A stretch of DNA of 64,000 bases from Candidatus Saccharicenans sp. (lineage in GTDB: Bacteria > Acidobacteriota > Aminicenantia > Aminicenantales > Saccharicenantaceae): positions 13,346 to 77,345 of the forward strand of contig JASEFX010000008.1 in the NCBI GenBank assembly GCA_030018265.1, in the 5' to 3' direction. The position numbers and the translations under genes are program-made. The notes below the pieces were generated by a model that was not told the DNA's origin, searched no databases, and saw only the letters and a list, made by a program, of their open reading frames with translations. Positions 18,393-27,812 of the stretch are shown one piece after another (within the stretch, counting starts at the first letter, position 1; the number at the start of each line of letters is the position of its first letter).

Positions 18393-20579
18393 CTAAATTC
18401 TCCACCAGTAAGAGAACTTCATGAAATAATACCGGCCGGTAAGCTCGTAGGGACCCGGGTTCGGCCGTTCGCGGTGCTCTTCCATTCCCAGATAAAAACA
18501 GGTGCCCGGGTTCAATTCGTAGCCGATGAGCCCGCTGAGATATATCTTTTGATAATAGCTGTTATAATCGACGATGGCCCTGAAAAAGAGAGAGCGGTTG
18601 ACCTGAAAATTGAGCCTCTGACTGAGAATCGTCACCTGATAAACTTCAGGACCGCCGCGGTATTCGTAAAACTTCAGGTCTTCCAGCCTGATGGTGGCCA
18701 CCAGATTCTGAACCGGCCGGACGTTGAGTTCTCCTGCGACCGACTGACTGAACCCGAGATACGGATCTTCGCTGTAGTAAATTGATGTTCCGGTGTTAAA
18801 GCCGATGCGCCCGCTCAACCAGGAAAACGGCGCGGAAAAGAAGCTCGCTCGCAGCTGCCGTGGCTTCAGGTCCACTCCGTTGTATTTTTCAAATTTGTGG
18901 CTGTAGTTGATAAAAACAAAGCTCTGCCTCCAGCCGCTTATCATCAAAGAATAGTCGATGTCGAGGTCGGTCAGCTGCCAGCTGAAATCATAGACCCGGC
19001 GGTAGGAAAAAGAAGGCGTTACCGAAATCACATACTCATTCTGGGGGAGAAAAGAATATCCAGCTCTGGCATTCAGAGAATTTATGTCCTTCCGGCGAAG
19101 GAACCCGAGGGCAGCCTCAAATTCCGGATGGACGCTGAACAAGTCTACTGAAAAATTAAGATGCCGATCCTGGTGATTAAAACTGAAATTGAACGCCGGG
19201 GCAAGCCCGGTCTTTATTCCGTCCACCTGGCTTGTGGACCCGACCAGCTGAAAACCAAGACGGTCGGTGCGGGAAAGCTTGAACTGACCGTCAACTCCAG
19301 CCAGGCGGCTGTAATCGGAAAAAATTGAAGTGCCGGCCAGCCCCATTTCCTTATCTGTAACTATTAAACCGACATAAGATTCCGAGAAAAGATCCTGGCG
19401 CAGCCTGAAAACATTATTCAGCGCACGATATGAAGCATCCTCATCCAGTCCAGGAGCTTCAGGAATCCGAATGGCTAGCGGCCGGTTATCCATAGCGGAC
19501 ATTATTCCGAAGCTCGTGCTGCCGAGTTTTCCAGTAACCTTCGCCGCCCAGACCGGGGAAACCACCTTCCTGGAATACAGAATTTCAAAAGGAGTGTCGA
19601 AAATGTCCTTGCCCTCAAGAAAAAACGGTCGCTTTTCAGGATAATACAGCGGATAACGCTGGTTCACTTCGTTCTGGGGAATGTCGGCTTCGATCTGGCT
19701 GAAATCAGGGTTCACCGCCAGGTCAACGGTAACGTCAGAAGTTATCCCGTATTTTATGTTCGCGCCGGCCTCCGGCCTGAATTTTTGCTCGAGCGACTTG
19801 CTGCCGACAACCGCAGGCAGAAGTTCCAGATTCCGGCCTCTGGTCAGACTTTGATTCAGGGTGATCCTGCCAGCCTGAATCAGCAGGCCGTTCACGTTGC
19901 GCGAGCGCGGCGGCCAGTAAAGGTCTTCATTCTTCCTCGGAATCTGTCTGCGGAGTATTATTCCCCAGGTCTGAACATCCTTATTCGGAAATCGGAGACT
20001 CTTGAAGGGAATGGCAAACTCAACCACATACCCGAACTCAGTTTTGCGCGCGGCTGATTGGAAATAACCATTCCAGTTCCGGTCTATTTGATCAAAACTT
20101 TCTCCACGCCCCCGACCTCGCCTCGGACTGGCTTCAGTATAAACGCCATCAACCTGAACTCCGCGGGCGTTGCTCTGAAAGACAAAAGCCCTTTTCCGGT
20201 CGTTAAAAGTGTCCAGATACACCCCGACCGAGTCGTCGCCCTGCACCCGGTCCCTCTGACAGAGCGTGCAGCGAATGGCCGCTGGCTGTCGATCGTGGCA
20301 TTCAAAAGCTATATAAAGATTCTTTCTGTCGTAACCTATGTAAACAATCGTTTTTTCTGTAGCAGAGGCTCCCTCCTGGGGTTCATACTGGACAAAATCT
20401 GTTATGACCGCTGCTTCCTGCCATTCCGGATCGCTGATCTCGCCGTCTATCTGCGGAGGCCGGCTCATAAAGCCCGGCTGGATTTCAAACGGATTCTCTG
20501 AACTTCCAGCACGCAGAGCCCCCGGAAACAGGACAGCGGCTGCAACTAAGGTAAGGCTTAAAACCCGGTTGAGTTTCAT
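18393..20579 (-). CDS. CBM9-like + DUF5916 large outer-membrane protein
   Basis: The ORF extends to 20726, but the Met at 20579 gives a signal peptide (MKLNRVLSLTLVAAAVLFPGALRA) and leaves a 19-nt gap after TolC. N-terminal pattern IDGEISDPEWQEAAVITDFVQYEPQEG...LYIAFECHD, and a long beta-rich C-terminus ending in aromatic residues. Confidence 0.7.
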   Translation of the reverse strand: MKLNRVLSLTLVAAAVLFPGALRAGSSENPFEIQPGFMSRPPQIDGEISDPEWQEAAVITDFVQYEPQEGASATEKTIVYIGYDRKNLYIAFECHDRQPAAIRCTLCQRDRVQGDDSVGVYLDTFNDRKRAFVFQSNARGVQVDGVYTEASPRRGRGRGESFDQIDRNWNGYFQSAARKTEFGYVVEFAIPFKSLRFPNKDVQTWGIILRRQIPRKNEDLYWPPRSRNVNGLLIQAGRITLNQSLTRGRNLELLPAVVGSKSLEQKFRPEAGANIKYGITSDVTVDLAVNPDFSQIEADIPQNEVNQRYPLYYPEKRPFFLEGKDIFDTPFEILYSRKVVSPVWAAKVTGKLGSTSFGIMSAMDNRPLAIRIPEAPGLDEDASYRALNNVFRLRQDLFSESYVGLIVTDKEMGLAGTSIFSDYSRLAGVDGQFKLSRTDRLGFQLVGSTSQVDGIKTGLAPAFNFSFNHQDRHLNFSVDLFSVHPEFEAALGFLRRKDINSLNARAGYSFLPQNEYVISVTPSFSYRRVYDFSWQLTDLDIDYSLMISGWRQSFVFINYSHKFEKYNGVDLKPRQLRASFFSAPFSWLSGRIGFNTGTSIYYSEDPYLGFSQSVAGELNVRPVQNLVATIRLEDLKFYEYRGGPEVYQVTILSQRLNFQVNRSLFFRAIVDYNSYYQKIYLSGLIGYELNPGTCFYLGMEEHRERPNPGPYELTGRYYFMKFSYWWRI

Positions 20580-20598
20580 CGAGTCGAGAATCCGCTCG

Positions 20599-22170
20599 TC
20601 AATCCTGGATGCTGAAGTCCACCACCCTAATATTTCTGTTCTTAAGGCTGAGTCCCAGAGCCCGTTCGAGATTCGCCAGGGAGATGTTGTAATCGATGAT
20701 CGCCTTAAGCTCAGCGGCTCTGGCATTTGCCAGGTCTCTCTGATACATCAACACCGTGTAGTTGGTGCTCTGCCCCACTTTAAGTTTCTCTTCTTCCGCC
20801 GCCAGCTTCTTTTCCTGCAGCTCGCGGGCGAAGCGATAGGCTTCAACCCTCTTGAGATTGGCTTCGACGTCTCTAAGGGCTGTTTTTATTTCGAGAAGCG
20901 CCTGTTGCTCCTGCCTCTTCAGGTTAAGAGTAGCCTGTTCCAGGTTGATTTTCGCCTGTGCGTAATTAGCCCGGGAAAGCACGTTGCTTACAGGAATGTT
21001 CAGAGTAAGTCCAACCGACCAGTTCTGATATTTGAAATTCAGCGCATCCTTGATGGCATCAGTTCTCGGGGAAGGAATAGTTCCGACCACCACTCCAGAA
21101 AGGGGATTGTCGTTTAGATAGAGTATTCTTGTTCCGGAAATCCCCGGGCTCCAGTAAGAGGCATTAAGATTGAGCTGGGGAAGAAGCTGATTCCTGGCAA
21201 CATTGAGGTTAAACTGCTGCGTCTGAAGTTCGATCTGCAGACTTTTCAGGTCAGGGCGATTCGACAGGGCAATGTTCAGGGCTTCATCCAGAGAGAGACT
21301 TTTCTGTTCGAATTTCGGTTTATCCACCGGTATTATGGCTGTGTATTTCCTCTGCTCTTCCTCGCTCATGTTCATCAGGACCCGCAGCTGATCTTCGGCG
21401 TTTTTAACCGCCAGTTCAGCCTGAATGATGTCGGCTTCGCGCGTGGCCACTTCCGATTGAGCGCTCAGGATCTCAATCGGAGCCAGGGTGCCAATTTCCA
21501 CTGAACGTTTATTTTTCTCGAGAAGCTCCTGCGCCAGCTTCAAAGAATGGCGCCTGACTTCGAGATTGTCAATAGCATAAGATAGTGCCCAGTAGGCCTG
21601 TTCCACCTGATAGATTATGTCCATCAGGCTTTTTTCCAGCTGGACGCGAGAAATTTCCAGGTTGTTTCTGGCAATGATGATTTCCCTCCGGCTTATGTTA
21701 TAGCCAAAATTCTGGAGCAACGGCTGGGTGAAATCAAAGCGCAGGGTGCTGCCAAAACGCGGGTTGATCGTCTGGAAACGCTGATTGGTGTCATTTTTAT
21801 AAGAATCAATACTGACGCTCAGGCTCCCGCCGAATGGAATCTGCTGGGAAATACCACCGGAAATTGAATTGTATTTAGTTATCGTCTGGTCAGAAGCTTC
21901 CAGCCAGGAATAGGAAGCGTTCTCGTTCCTCCTCTGGTTAAAACTGAAAGAAAGTGTCGGATAATATTTTTCCTTCGCGCGGGAGAGATTGGCCGCAGCC
22001 AGCTCCGGACTTAATTCCTGTATAGCCACCGACAGATTATTCTTCATCGTCCTCAGGATGCATTCTTCAAGCGTCAGTTTTAGCACGTTTTCTTCCTGAG
22101 CCAGCAGCATAGAGGCTGTCAGAATCAACGTCACAACTATCAAACTCAGGCTTTTTATTTTCTTGCTCAT
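20599..22170 (-). CDS. TolC-family outer-membrane channel
   Basis: 523 aa with a signal peptide and duplicated OEP repeats. SD GGAGG. Confidence 0.9.
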   Translation of the reverse strand: MSKKIKSLSLIVVTLILTASMLLAQEENVLKLTLEECILRTMKNNLSVAIQELSPELAAANLSRAKEKYYPTLSFSFNQRRNENASYSWLEASDQTITKYNSISGGISQQIPFGGSLSVSIDSYKNDTNQRFQTINPRFGSTLRFDFTQPLLQNFGYNISRREIIIARNNLEISRVQLEKSLMDIIYQVEQAYWALSYAIDNLEVRRHSLKLAQELLEKNKRSVEIGTLAPIEILSAQSEVATREADIIQAELAVKNAEDQLRVLMNMSEEEQRKYTAIIPVDKPKFEQKSLSLDEALNIALSNRPDLKSLQIELQTQQFNLNVARNQLLPQLNLNASYWSPGISGTRILYLNDNPLSGVVVGTIPSPRTDAIKDALNFKYQNWSVGLTLNIPVSNVLSRANYAQAKINLEQATLNLKRQEQQALLEIKTALRDVEANLKRVEAYRFARELQEKKLAAEEEKLKVGQSTNYTVLMYQRDLANARAAELKAIIDYNISLANLERALGLSLKNRNIRVVDFSIQD

Positions 22171-22225
22171 CTTAACCTCCAGTTGTCATTGCAGGTTTAT
22201 ACCTGAACCGATTAGACTTTTCGAT

Positions 22226-23452
22226 TTATTCATAGCGCAGGGCTTCGATCGGGTCGAGTTTCGAAGCCTTCCTTGCCGGATAATAGCCGAAGAAAATACC
22301 GACGGCCGCCGCAAAGCAAAACGCCAGAAGAATCGACTCAATCGTAACCACGGTGGTAATGGTGGAAAAAACCGAAATGTATTTCATCAGCTTGGAAGCG
22401 CCCACTCCAACAATAATTCCAATCACGCCTCCGGTAACGCTCAACACCACCGCTTCGATAAGGAACTGCAGCAGAATGTCGCGTTCCCTGGCTCCAACCG
22501 CCATTCTCACGCCAATTTCTCTGATGCGTTCAGTCACGGAAACCAGCATTATGTTCATTATTCCTATTCCGCCGACGATCAAAGAAATACCCGCTATCGA
22601 GCCGAGAAGAATGGTCATGATTCTGGTCGATTCCGCGGCGCTTTCAGCCACATCCGTCATGTTTCGCACCTGAAAATCGTCTTCAGCCCCGGGGGCGATC
22701 CGGTGCCGCTCTCTCATCAGCTCTTCTATCTGCCTCTGAGCTTCAGCGGTCTTATCGGCCGAAACAGCGGCGACATCAATCGAACTTATATAATCAACGC
22801 CCCTCAGGCGGCGCATGACTGTAGTGTAAGGAACGGCAATCATGTCATCGCGGTTAAAAAAGCCTCCCTGCTCGCCCTTGCTTTCGAGAACTCCGATGAC
22901 CGTAAAGGGAATCCGGTTGATCCTGATGGTTTTTCCGATCGGGTCTTCATCCTCAAAAAGATTCTGCCTGACCAGACTTCCGAGAACGGCCACCTTCGCT
23001 GCTCCGGCCACGTGAGTTTCGTCAAAATAAGAACCTTCAACCACTTTCCAGTTTCTGATGAGCGGAAACTTTTCACCCGTGCCCTGAATCTGGGTATTCC
23101 AGTTCTTGTTTCCGTAAACCACCTGCGCCCGCGTGCTGATCGAAGGAGACACAGCGAGCACCGCGTCACAGCGTTCCTCTATGGCCTTAGCGTCGTCAGG
23201 CTTGAGGTTGGTGAAACCGCCAAACCCGGTTTGAACTCCACGAACACTGCGGCTGCCGGGATAGACAAAAAGCAGGTTCGTGCCCATCGAAGCGAATCGA
23301 TCCTCTATGCCCTTTTTGGCGCCCTCACCGATACTGACCATGGCAATAACCGCAGCCACTCCGATGATGACGCCCAGAATTGTTAGGAACGACCTCATCT
23401 TATTGCGGGCAAGGGCCCGTAAATAAACTCGCATTATTCTCAATAGTTTCAT
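22226..23452 (-). CDS. ABC transporter permease, MacB/FtsX type (MacB_PCD + FtsX)
   Basis: The ORF opens at 23521. The Met at 23452 (MKLLRIMRVYLRALARNKMRSFLT...) sits 1 nt after the ATPase stop. One N-terminal TM, a periplasmic domain and 3 C-terminal TM helices. Confidence 0.9.
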   Translation of the reverse strand: MKLLRIMRVYLRALARNKMRSFLTILGVIIGVAAVIAMVSIGEGAKKGIEDRFASMGTNLLFVYPGSRSVRGVQTGFGGFTNLKPDDAKAIEERCDAVLAVSPSISTRAQVVYGNKNWNTQIQGTGEKFPLIRNWKVVEGSYFDETHVAGAAKVAVLGSLVRQNLFEDEDPIGKTIRINRIPFTVIGVLESKGEQGGFFNRDDMIAVPYTTVMRRLRGVDYISSIDVAAVSADKTAEAQRQIEELMRERHRIAPGAEDDFQVRNMTDVAESAAESTRIMTILLGSIAGISLIVGGIGIMNIMLVSVTERIREIGVRMAVGARERDILLQFLIEAVVLSVTGGVIGIIVGVGASKLMKYISVFSTITTVVTIESILLAFCFAAAVGIFFGYYPARKASKLDPIEALRYE

Positions 23453-23453
23453 T

Positions 23454-24179
23454 TTATCCTCCAGAAACCGGGGCACGCTCGCAGGCGGTCTGGCTGACTT
23501 CCTCTCCGACAATCTGACCATCCTTCAGGTATAGTCGACGCCGCGCGTAAGAAGCGATGACCGGGTCGTGCGTGACCATGATGAGGGTGATCTTCCTTTC
23601 CTGGTTCAAACGGCAGAAGATGTCCATGATTTCAGCCCCGGTTTTTGAATCTAAGTTGCCCGTCGGTTCGTCAGCCAGAATAATTGACGGCTCGTTAACC
23701 AGCGCTCTGGCAATGGCCACTCTCTGCATCTGACCGCCCGAAAGCTGGTTTGTCCGGTGATGTTCCCAGCCTTTAAGTCCGACCGCAGCCAGCGCTTCCA
23801 TCGCTCTTTTCCGCGCTTCCTTGCTGCTAATGTGAGAATAAACCATCGGGAGCTCGACGTTCTCGAGAGCCGTCGTCCTTGGAAGAAGATTAAAATTCTG
23901 GAAGACAAAACCTATCTTTCTGTTCCTGATGGCCGCCATCTCATCCCGGCTCATCTGAGAGACATCAACTCCCTCAAGGAAATACCGGCCTGAAGTCGGA
24001 CGGTCAAGCAGTCCAAGAATAGCCATCAGGGTAGACTTGCCGGAACCCGAAGGTCCCATGATGGCTAAGAATTCCGAATAGTCCACGCTGTAGGTGATGC
24101 CTCTCAGGGCATGCACCTGCGTCTCTCCTATCTGATATATCCTTACGATATTTTCCAGCCTGATAATTTTTTCACTCAT
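23454..24179 (-). CDS. ABC transporter ATP-binding protein (MacB/LolD-like)
   Basis: 241 aa. Walker A GPSGSGKST, signature LSGGQMQRVAIARAL, Walker B ILADEPT. Confidence 0.95.
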   Translation of the reverse strand: MSEKIIRLENIVRIYQIGETQVHALRGITYSVDYSEFLAIMGPSGSGKSTLMAILGLLDRPTSGRYFLEGVDVSQMSRDEMAAIRNRKIGFVFQNFNLLPRTTALENVELPMVYSHISSKEARKRAMEALAAVGLKGWEHHRTNQLSGGQMQRVAIARALVNEPSIILADEPTGNLDSKTGAEIMDIFCRLNQERKITLIMVTHDPVIASYARRRLYLKDGQIVGEEVSQTACERAPVSGG

Positions 24180-24203
24180 TTTGTTTCCCGCCTGAAAAAT
24201 CCA

Positions 24204-25574
24204 TTAGCGTCTCGGCATCATAAAGAGTCCGCCGCCGGGAGGTCCGGGCTGGGTGGTCGTCCTGGTAGTTGAAGCAGCCATAATGCCTACAATAACCTCA
24301 TCTCCTTCTTTAAGGTTATCGCTTTTTATTTCCGTGTAAGCTGCGTCAGAAACACCGGTCCTGACAAACACCACCTTCAGATTGCCCTTTTCATCCAGCA
24401 TCCAGACCCTGGAAGGCATCCTCCGCTGACCCATCTGTCCGGCCTGACCGGCCTGTCCGCCACCCATCTGCTGAGCCCGCTGGGCCATCTGGGCGGGGTC
24501 AAACATTCTCTGTCCGCCCTGACCGGCGCCAGCTGCCGGTCCGCCTTCCTGCTTTCTTCTCGCTGCCATCTCTTCAAAAGCGGCTCTCATGATTTTCTGA
24601 AGTTCTTCGTTGGAGAGATTGGGAGTGAAGCGAAGGGAGGCATTCGGCACTCTCAGGACATTTCTGGCTTCGCCAACGATTATCGTGCAGGTGGCGGTCA
24701 TCCCGGGAAGCAGTTTCAGACTCGAATTGTCAACATCTATGATGACCGAATAAGAAACCACGTTCTGGACAGTTTGCGGAGAATAACGGACCTGACGCAC
24801 AACTCCGTTGAAGGTTTCATTCTGATAAGCTTCAACCGTGAACCTGACCTTCTGTCCTTCCTTCACCTTGCCCACGTCGGCTTCGTCCACCAGACATTCG
24901 ACTTCCATTTTGCTCAGGTCGTTGGCGATTTCAAAAAGCTTCGGCGCCTGGAAACTGGCGGCGACGGTCTGACCGACGTTAACGTTGCGCGAGATGACCA
25001 CGCCATCTATCGGCGACCTGATGATCGCGTAGGTCAGGTCCACTTTGCTGGCTTCGAGCTGGCTTTTGGCCTGTTCCACCCGCGCCTGCTGGGCGATCAG
25101 GTCCGACTTCGCCTGAAGATAATTGGCTTCAGCCTGTTCCTTTTCCTCGCTCGAAATCAAATTCTTTTCATACAGGCTCAGGGCTCTTTCGTATCTTTTC
25201 TGAGCGATTTCCAGCGAAATTTTCGCTCTCTCGAGAGAGGCCAGAGCGTTTTTATAATTAGCTTCGTTCTGCTTGACTCTCTCAATCAAAGGAGCCTGGT
25301 CAAGTTCTGCCAGGATATCTCCATTTTTAACCTTGGAATTAAAATCAACATAAATTTTCTCGATCCTTCCGGAAACCTGGCTGCCCACTTCTACCTTGAT
25401 GACCGGATTCAATGTGCCGGAAGCGGTAACCACAGCTTCTATGTCGCCTCTGCTTACTTTATCTGTCCGGTATTTGGGCTTGTTGTTGGAACCTTTCCTG
25501 GCCAGAGAGATTCCAACCACCACACCCACTATCACCACCAGAACCAGAATGATGATCAAAGTTTTCTTTTTCAT
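24204..25574 (-). CDS. MacA-like (HlyD family) periplasmic adaptor
   Basis: 456 aa. N-terminal TM, a long coiled-coil hairpin and beta-barrel domains. Contains a G/Q/M-rich insertion. Confidence 0.9.
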   Translation of the reverse strand: MKKKTLIIILVLVVIVGVVVGISLARKGSNNKPKYRTDKVSRGDIEAVVTASGTLNPVIKVEVGSQVSGRIEKIYVDFNSKVKNGDILAELDQAPLIERVKQNEANYKNALASLERAKISLEIAQKRYERALSLYEKNLISSEEKEQAEANYLQAKSDLIAQQARVEQAKSQLEASKVDLTYAIIRSPIDGVVISRNVNVGQTVAASFQAPKLFEIANDLSKMEVECLVDEADVGKVKEGQKVRFTVEAYQNETFNGVVRQVRYSPQTVQNVVSYSVIIDVDNSSLKLLPGMTATCTIIVGEARNVLRVPNASLRFTPNLSNEELQKIMRAAFEEMAARRKQEGGPAAGAGQGGQRMFDPAQMAQRAQQMGGGQAGQAGQMGQRRMPSRVWMLDEKGNLKVVFVRTGVSDAAYTEIKSDNLKEGDEVIVGIMAASTTRTTTQPGPPGGGLFMMPRR

Positions 25575-26014
25575 CTTTTCTCTCCTTTCTTCTCCTTTTC
25601 AGATGGAGTTGGTGTAATATTATCACGCCGCTCGGGAGAATCCCTTCTGCGCTGGCGCATATATCTTTCCATCAATTCTTTCATTTTTTGCTCCTGCTCA
25701 TCGGTGAGCACTTCATCCATTTCCGATTTCAACTGCTCTCTCAACTCCGACAAACGGCCATGTACTTCTTTGCGGAAAGCTTCAAGCCTCTCTTCGCTCC
25801 GCTTGAAAATTTCCCTGATTTTCTCTTCCTGCTCCGGGGTCAGCTGGAGCTCCCTGGAAATGACTTCCAGGGTGGGGAATGGTTCCTGCCTTGGTCTCGG
25901 AGCAGGTTTCTTCTTCCCTAAGTAGGTGCGATCGCCAACCACTCCTGCTGTCACCCCGATCAGAAACACCGCAACCAGAGAAAGAATTACCCATAATTTA
26001 TATTTATTATTCAT
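25571..26014 (-). CDS. Membrane-anchored LTXXQ-motif protein (Spy/CpxP/ZraP-like periplasmic stress or metal sensor)
   Basis: 147 aa with an N-terminal TM and two LTXXQ motifs (LTPEQ, LTDEQ) in a helical K/E-rich region. Confidence 0.7.
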   Translation of the reverse strand: MNNKYKLWVILSLVAVFLIGVTAGVVGDRTYLGKKKPAPRPRQEPFPTLEVISRELQLTPEQEEKIREIFKRSEERLEAFRKEVHGRLSELREQLKSEMDEVLTDEQEQKMKELMERYMRQRRRDSPERRDNITPTPSEKEKKGEKR

Positions 26015-26508
26015 TGCTTACCTCTCCTGAGAATTTCCTGAGACTCAACTCCAGCAAACAGCAGCTGGAGCTGCCTTTCCTCAGGTTTCTGAGCTTCAAA
26101 TATGTAGCTGGCCTCAGTCAGCGGGTTCTGTCCCTGAAGCAGGAGCATCTGAGGCTGACTCACCTGAACTTCTGCCGGCTGAACAAGAAACAGAATGCCC
26201 ACCAGCACCATGGCCACCACAAGAAACACCGGCACCGCCGCCGCATACCATCTTTCTACCATAGCCCAGATCGGCTGACGACTTTCTGCCCCCAGCCTCG
26301 CTAACAGCCTCTGTTCAAACCAGGGCAGCGGCTCGGCCTCCTGCATTTTTAACCCGGCCAGGGCGTTTTTCAAACTCCTGTATTCCTCGAGCAGCTGAGC
26401 GCAGGAAGGACAGGTTTTCACATGTTCTTCGAGTCTGGCAGACAGGGCCGGCTCCAGCCGTCCGTCCATCAGCTTCGAAATCAATTTTTCAACCTTAGAG
26501 CATTTCAT
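26011..26508 (-). CDS. Anti-sigma factor (zf-HC2 type)
   Basis: 165 aa. N-terminal H-x3-C-x2-C motif (EEHVKTCPSCAQ), a central TM, and location immediately downstream of the ECF sigma gene. Confidence 0.8.
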   Translation of the reverse strand: MKCSKVEKLISKLMDGRLEPALSARLEEHVKTCPSCAQLLEEYRSLKNALAGLKMQEAEPLPWFEQRLLARLGAESRQPIWAMVERWYAAAVPVFLVVAMVLVGILFLVQPAEVQVSQPQMLLLQGQNPLTEASYIFEAQKPEERQLQLLFAGVESQEILRRGKQ

Positions 26509-26511
26509 GTC

Positions 26512-27126
26512 TCATCCTCCTTCCTGGCTCAGAAACGGAGCCAGTTTTTTTCTTAAAAGCCTTCTTGCCCTGTGCAGCCGGGAATCAACTGTTCCCGGAG
26601 ATAGTTTCAAAATCTTTCCGATCTCTTCGTAAGAAAACCCCTGAATATCTCTCAAGGATATTATTAGACGATACTTTTCCGGCATTTCTTCCAATTTCTG
26701 CCAGAGGAGCTTTTTTCGCCGCTCTTCTTCCTGTAGCTCGGCCAGCCTCTCACCCGGTTCCTTCTCCGGCAGGGAAGGCTCGGGAATATCCTCCAGCCTC
26801 AGGTCGTTTTTTTCCTTTTTTCGTTTCCGCAAATAATCTCTGATATGATTTATGGCAATCTGGTAAAGCCAGGTGCCGAACTCTGATTCAAACCTGAACC
26901 TGGGGAGCGAAAGGTAGGCTTTCAGGAAAATTTCCTGGGCCAGGTCATCCGCGGTTTCCCGGTTGCGCACGATGTTCACCGCCAGGCTGAAAACTTTATT
27001 CTGGTAGGACTGAACCAGCCTGGAGAAAGCCTCCCGGTCTCCTTTTCTCGCCAGACTGACCAGCTGACGTTCATCCATCTGATCTTCACTCTCAGAACCT
27101 CGATTTTTTAGACGCCGGTCTTCCAT
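26512..27126 (-). CDS. ECF-family RNA polymerase sigma factor
   Basis: 204 aa. Sigma-70 region 2 (DLAQEIFLKAYLSLPRFR...FGTWLYQIAIN) and region 4 (YRLIISLRDIQGFSYEEIGKILKLSPGTVDSRLHRAR). Confidence 0.9.
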   Translation of the reverse strand: MEDRRLKNRGSESEDQMDERQLVSLARKGDREAFSRLVQSYQNKVFSLAVNIVRNRETADDLAQEIFLKAYLSLPRFRFESEFGTWLYQIAINHIRDYLRKRKKEKNDLRLEDIPEPSLPEKEPGERLAELQEEERRKKLLWQKLEEMPEKYRLIISLRDIQGFSYEEIGKILKLSPGTVDSRLHRARRLLRKKLAPFLSQEGG

Positions 27127-27171
27127 CTATCTTCCTCAAAGCCAGGGCAATATCTGGTTTCAATTAAATAA

Positions 27172-27197
27172 AACGAATGTACGCCTCATCGGTTTCA
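27172..27197 (-). promoter_or_regulatory. Candidate autoregulated ECF-type promoter (TGAAAC-N16-CGTT)
   Basis: The minus strand reads aaTGAAACcgatgaggcgtacattCGTTtt about 45 nt upstream of the sigma gene ATG. It matches the generic ECF -35/-10 pattern (TGAAAC..CGT). Confidence 0.35.
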
Positions 27198-27241
27198 TTG
27201 CCCGGTCCGGAACCACCAGCCAGGACCAGGCCGTCATCAGG

Positions 27242-27655
27242 CTATTCTCCATCAGCCTTTTTCCGGCTGACAAAATAGTAGCCGACTCCAAGCGCCAGAA
27301 TGATAACCCCGATTCCAACCAGACTCAAACCAGAAACGTTATTCAGGTCAAGAATTATAACTTTTCTGGCTATGGCAATAAGAGCTACCGACAGAACCAC
27401 CCGGACATGGTCCACCCCTTCCATCAGGTAAGTTCTCATCACTGATTCAACCAGCTCAATTCCTATGACCACGAGCATTATCAGACCAAAAATCTCCAGC
27501 AGTTCGCTGACATCGAGAAACAGTATCGGGGGCGAAAGAATATCCTTAAAAATCTCGTATCCGAGCTCGAGAATTGAAAGAAAGATGACAATGATCATCA
27601 GAAATATAAGGCCTGTGACAAAAGTTCGCTTTACCCTGCGAATGATATCCAGCAT
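27242..27655 (-). CDS. PsiE-like phosphate-starvation-inducible family membrane protein
   Basis: 137 aa, 4 TM helices. The overall pattern resembles the PsiE family. Recognition is from memory. Confidence 0.55.
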   Translation of the reverse strand: MLDIIRRVKRTFVTGLIFLMIIVIFLSILELGYEIFKDILSPPILFLDVSELLEIFGLIMLVVIGIELVESVMRTYLMEGVDHVRVVLSVALIAIARKVIILDLNNVSGLSLVGIGVIILALGVGYYFVSRKKADGE

Positions 27656-27777
27656 TTCCCTCCCCCTGAAAATTTTAAGCGCCGGGAACAGAAATATCTA
27701 CCTTCAAAAACGCTCACAGGAATTTTATCCTATCAGAAAAAATTCTACAATTCCTCCATCGGACGGGTTTTCAATTA

Positions 27778-27806
27778 TTGAATAACGCCGTGGAGTTAAA
27801 TATAAT
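27778..27806 (+). promoter_or_regulatory. Sigma-70-type promoter (TTGAAT-N17-TATAAT) of the apgM-family gene
   Basis: -35 at 27778-27783 and -10 at 27801-27806. The ATG at 27813 is only 6 nt after the -10, predicting a leaderless mRNA. Confidence 0.55.
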
Positions 27807-27812
27807 GGAAGC

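Noticed and set aside
22163-23386. 407-aa + strand ORF, His/Asn/Gly-rich.
   Set aside because: It is entirely antisense to the well-supported MacB-type permease gene. It has a low-complexity, unprotein-like composition, no SD and no recognisable domain. This is a typical shadow ORF.
24774-25925. 383-aa + strand ORF spanning the MacA-like and LTXXQ genes.
   Set aside because: It is antisense to two strongly supported minus-strand genes and crosses their junction. Its composition (F/L/R/S-rich) is typical of reverse-frame translation.
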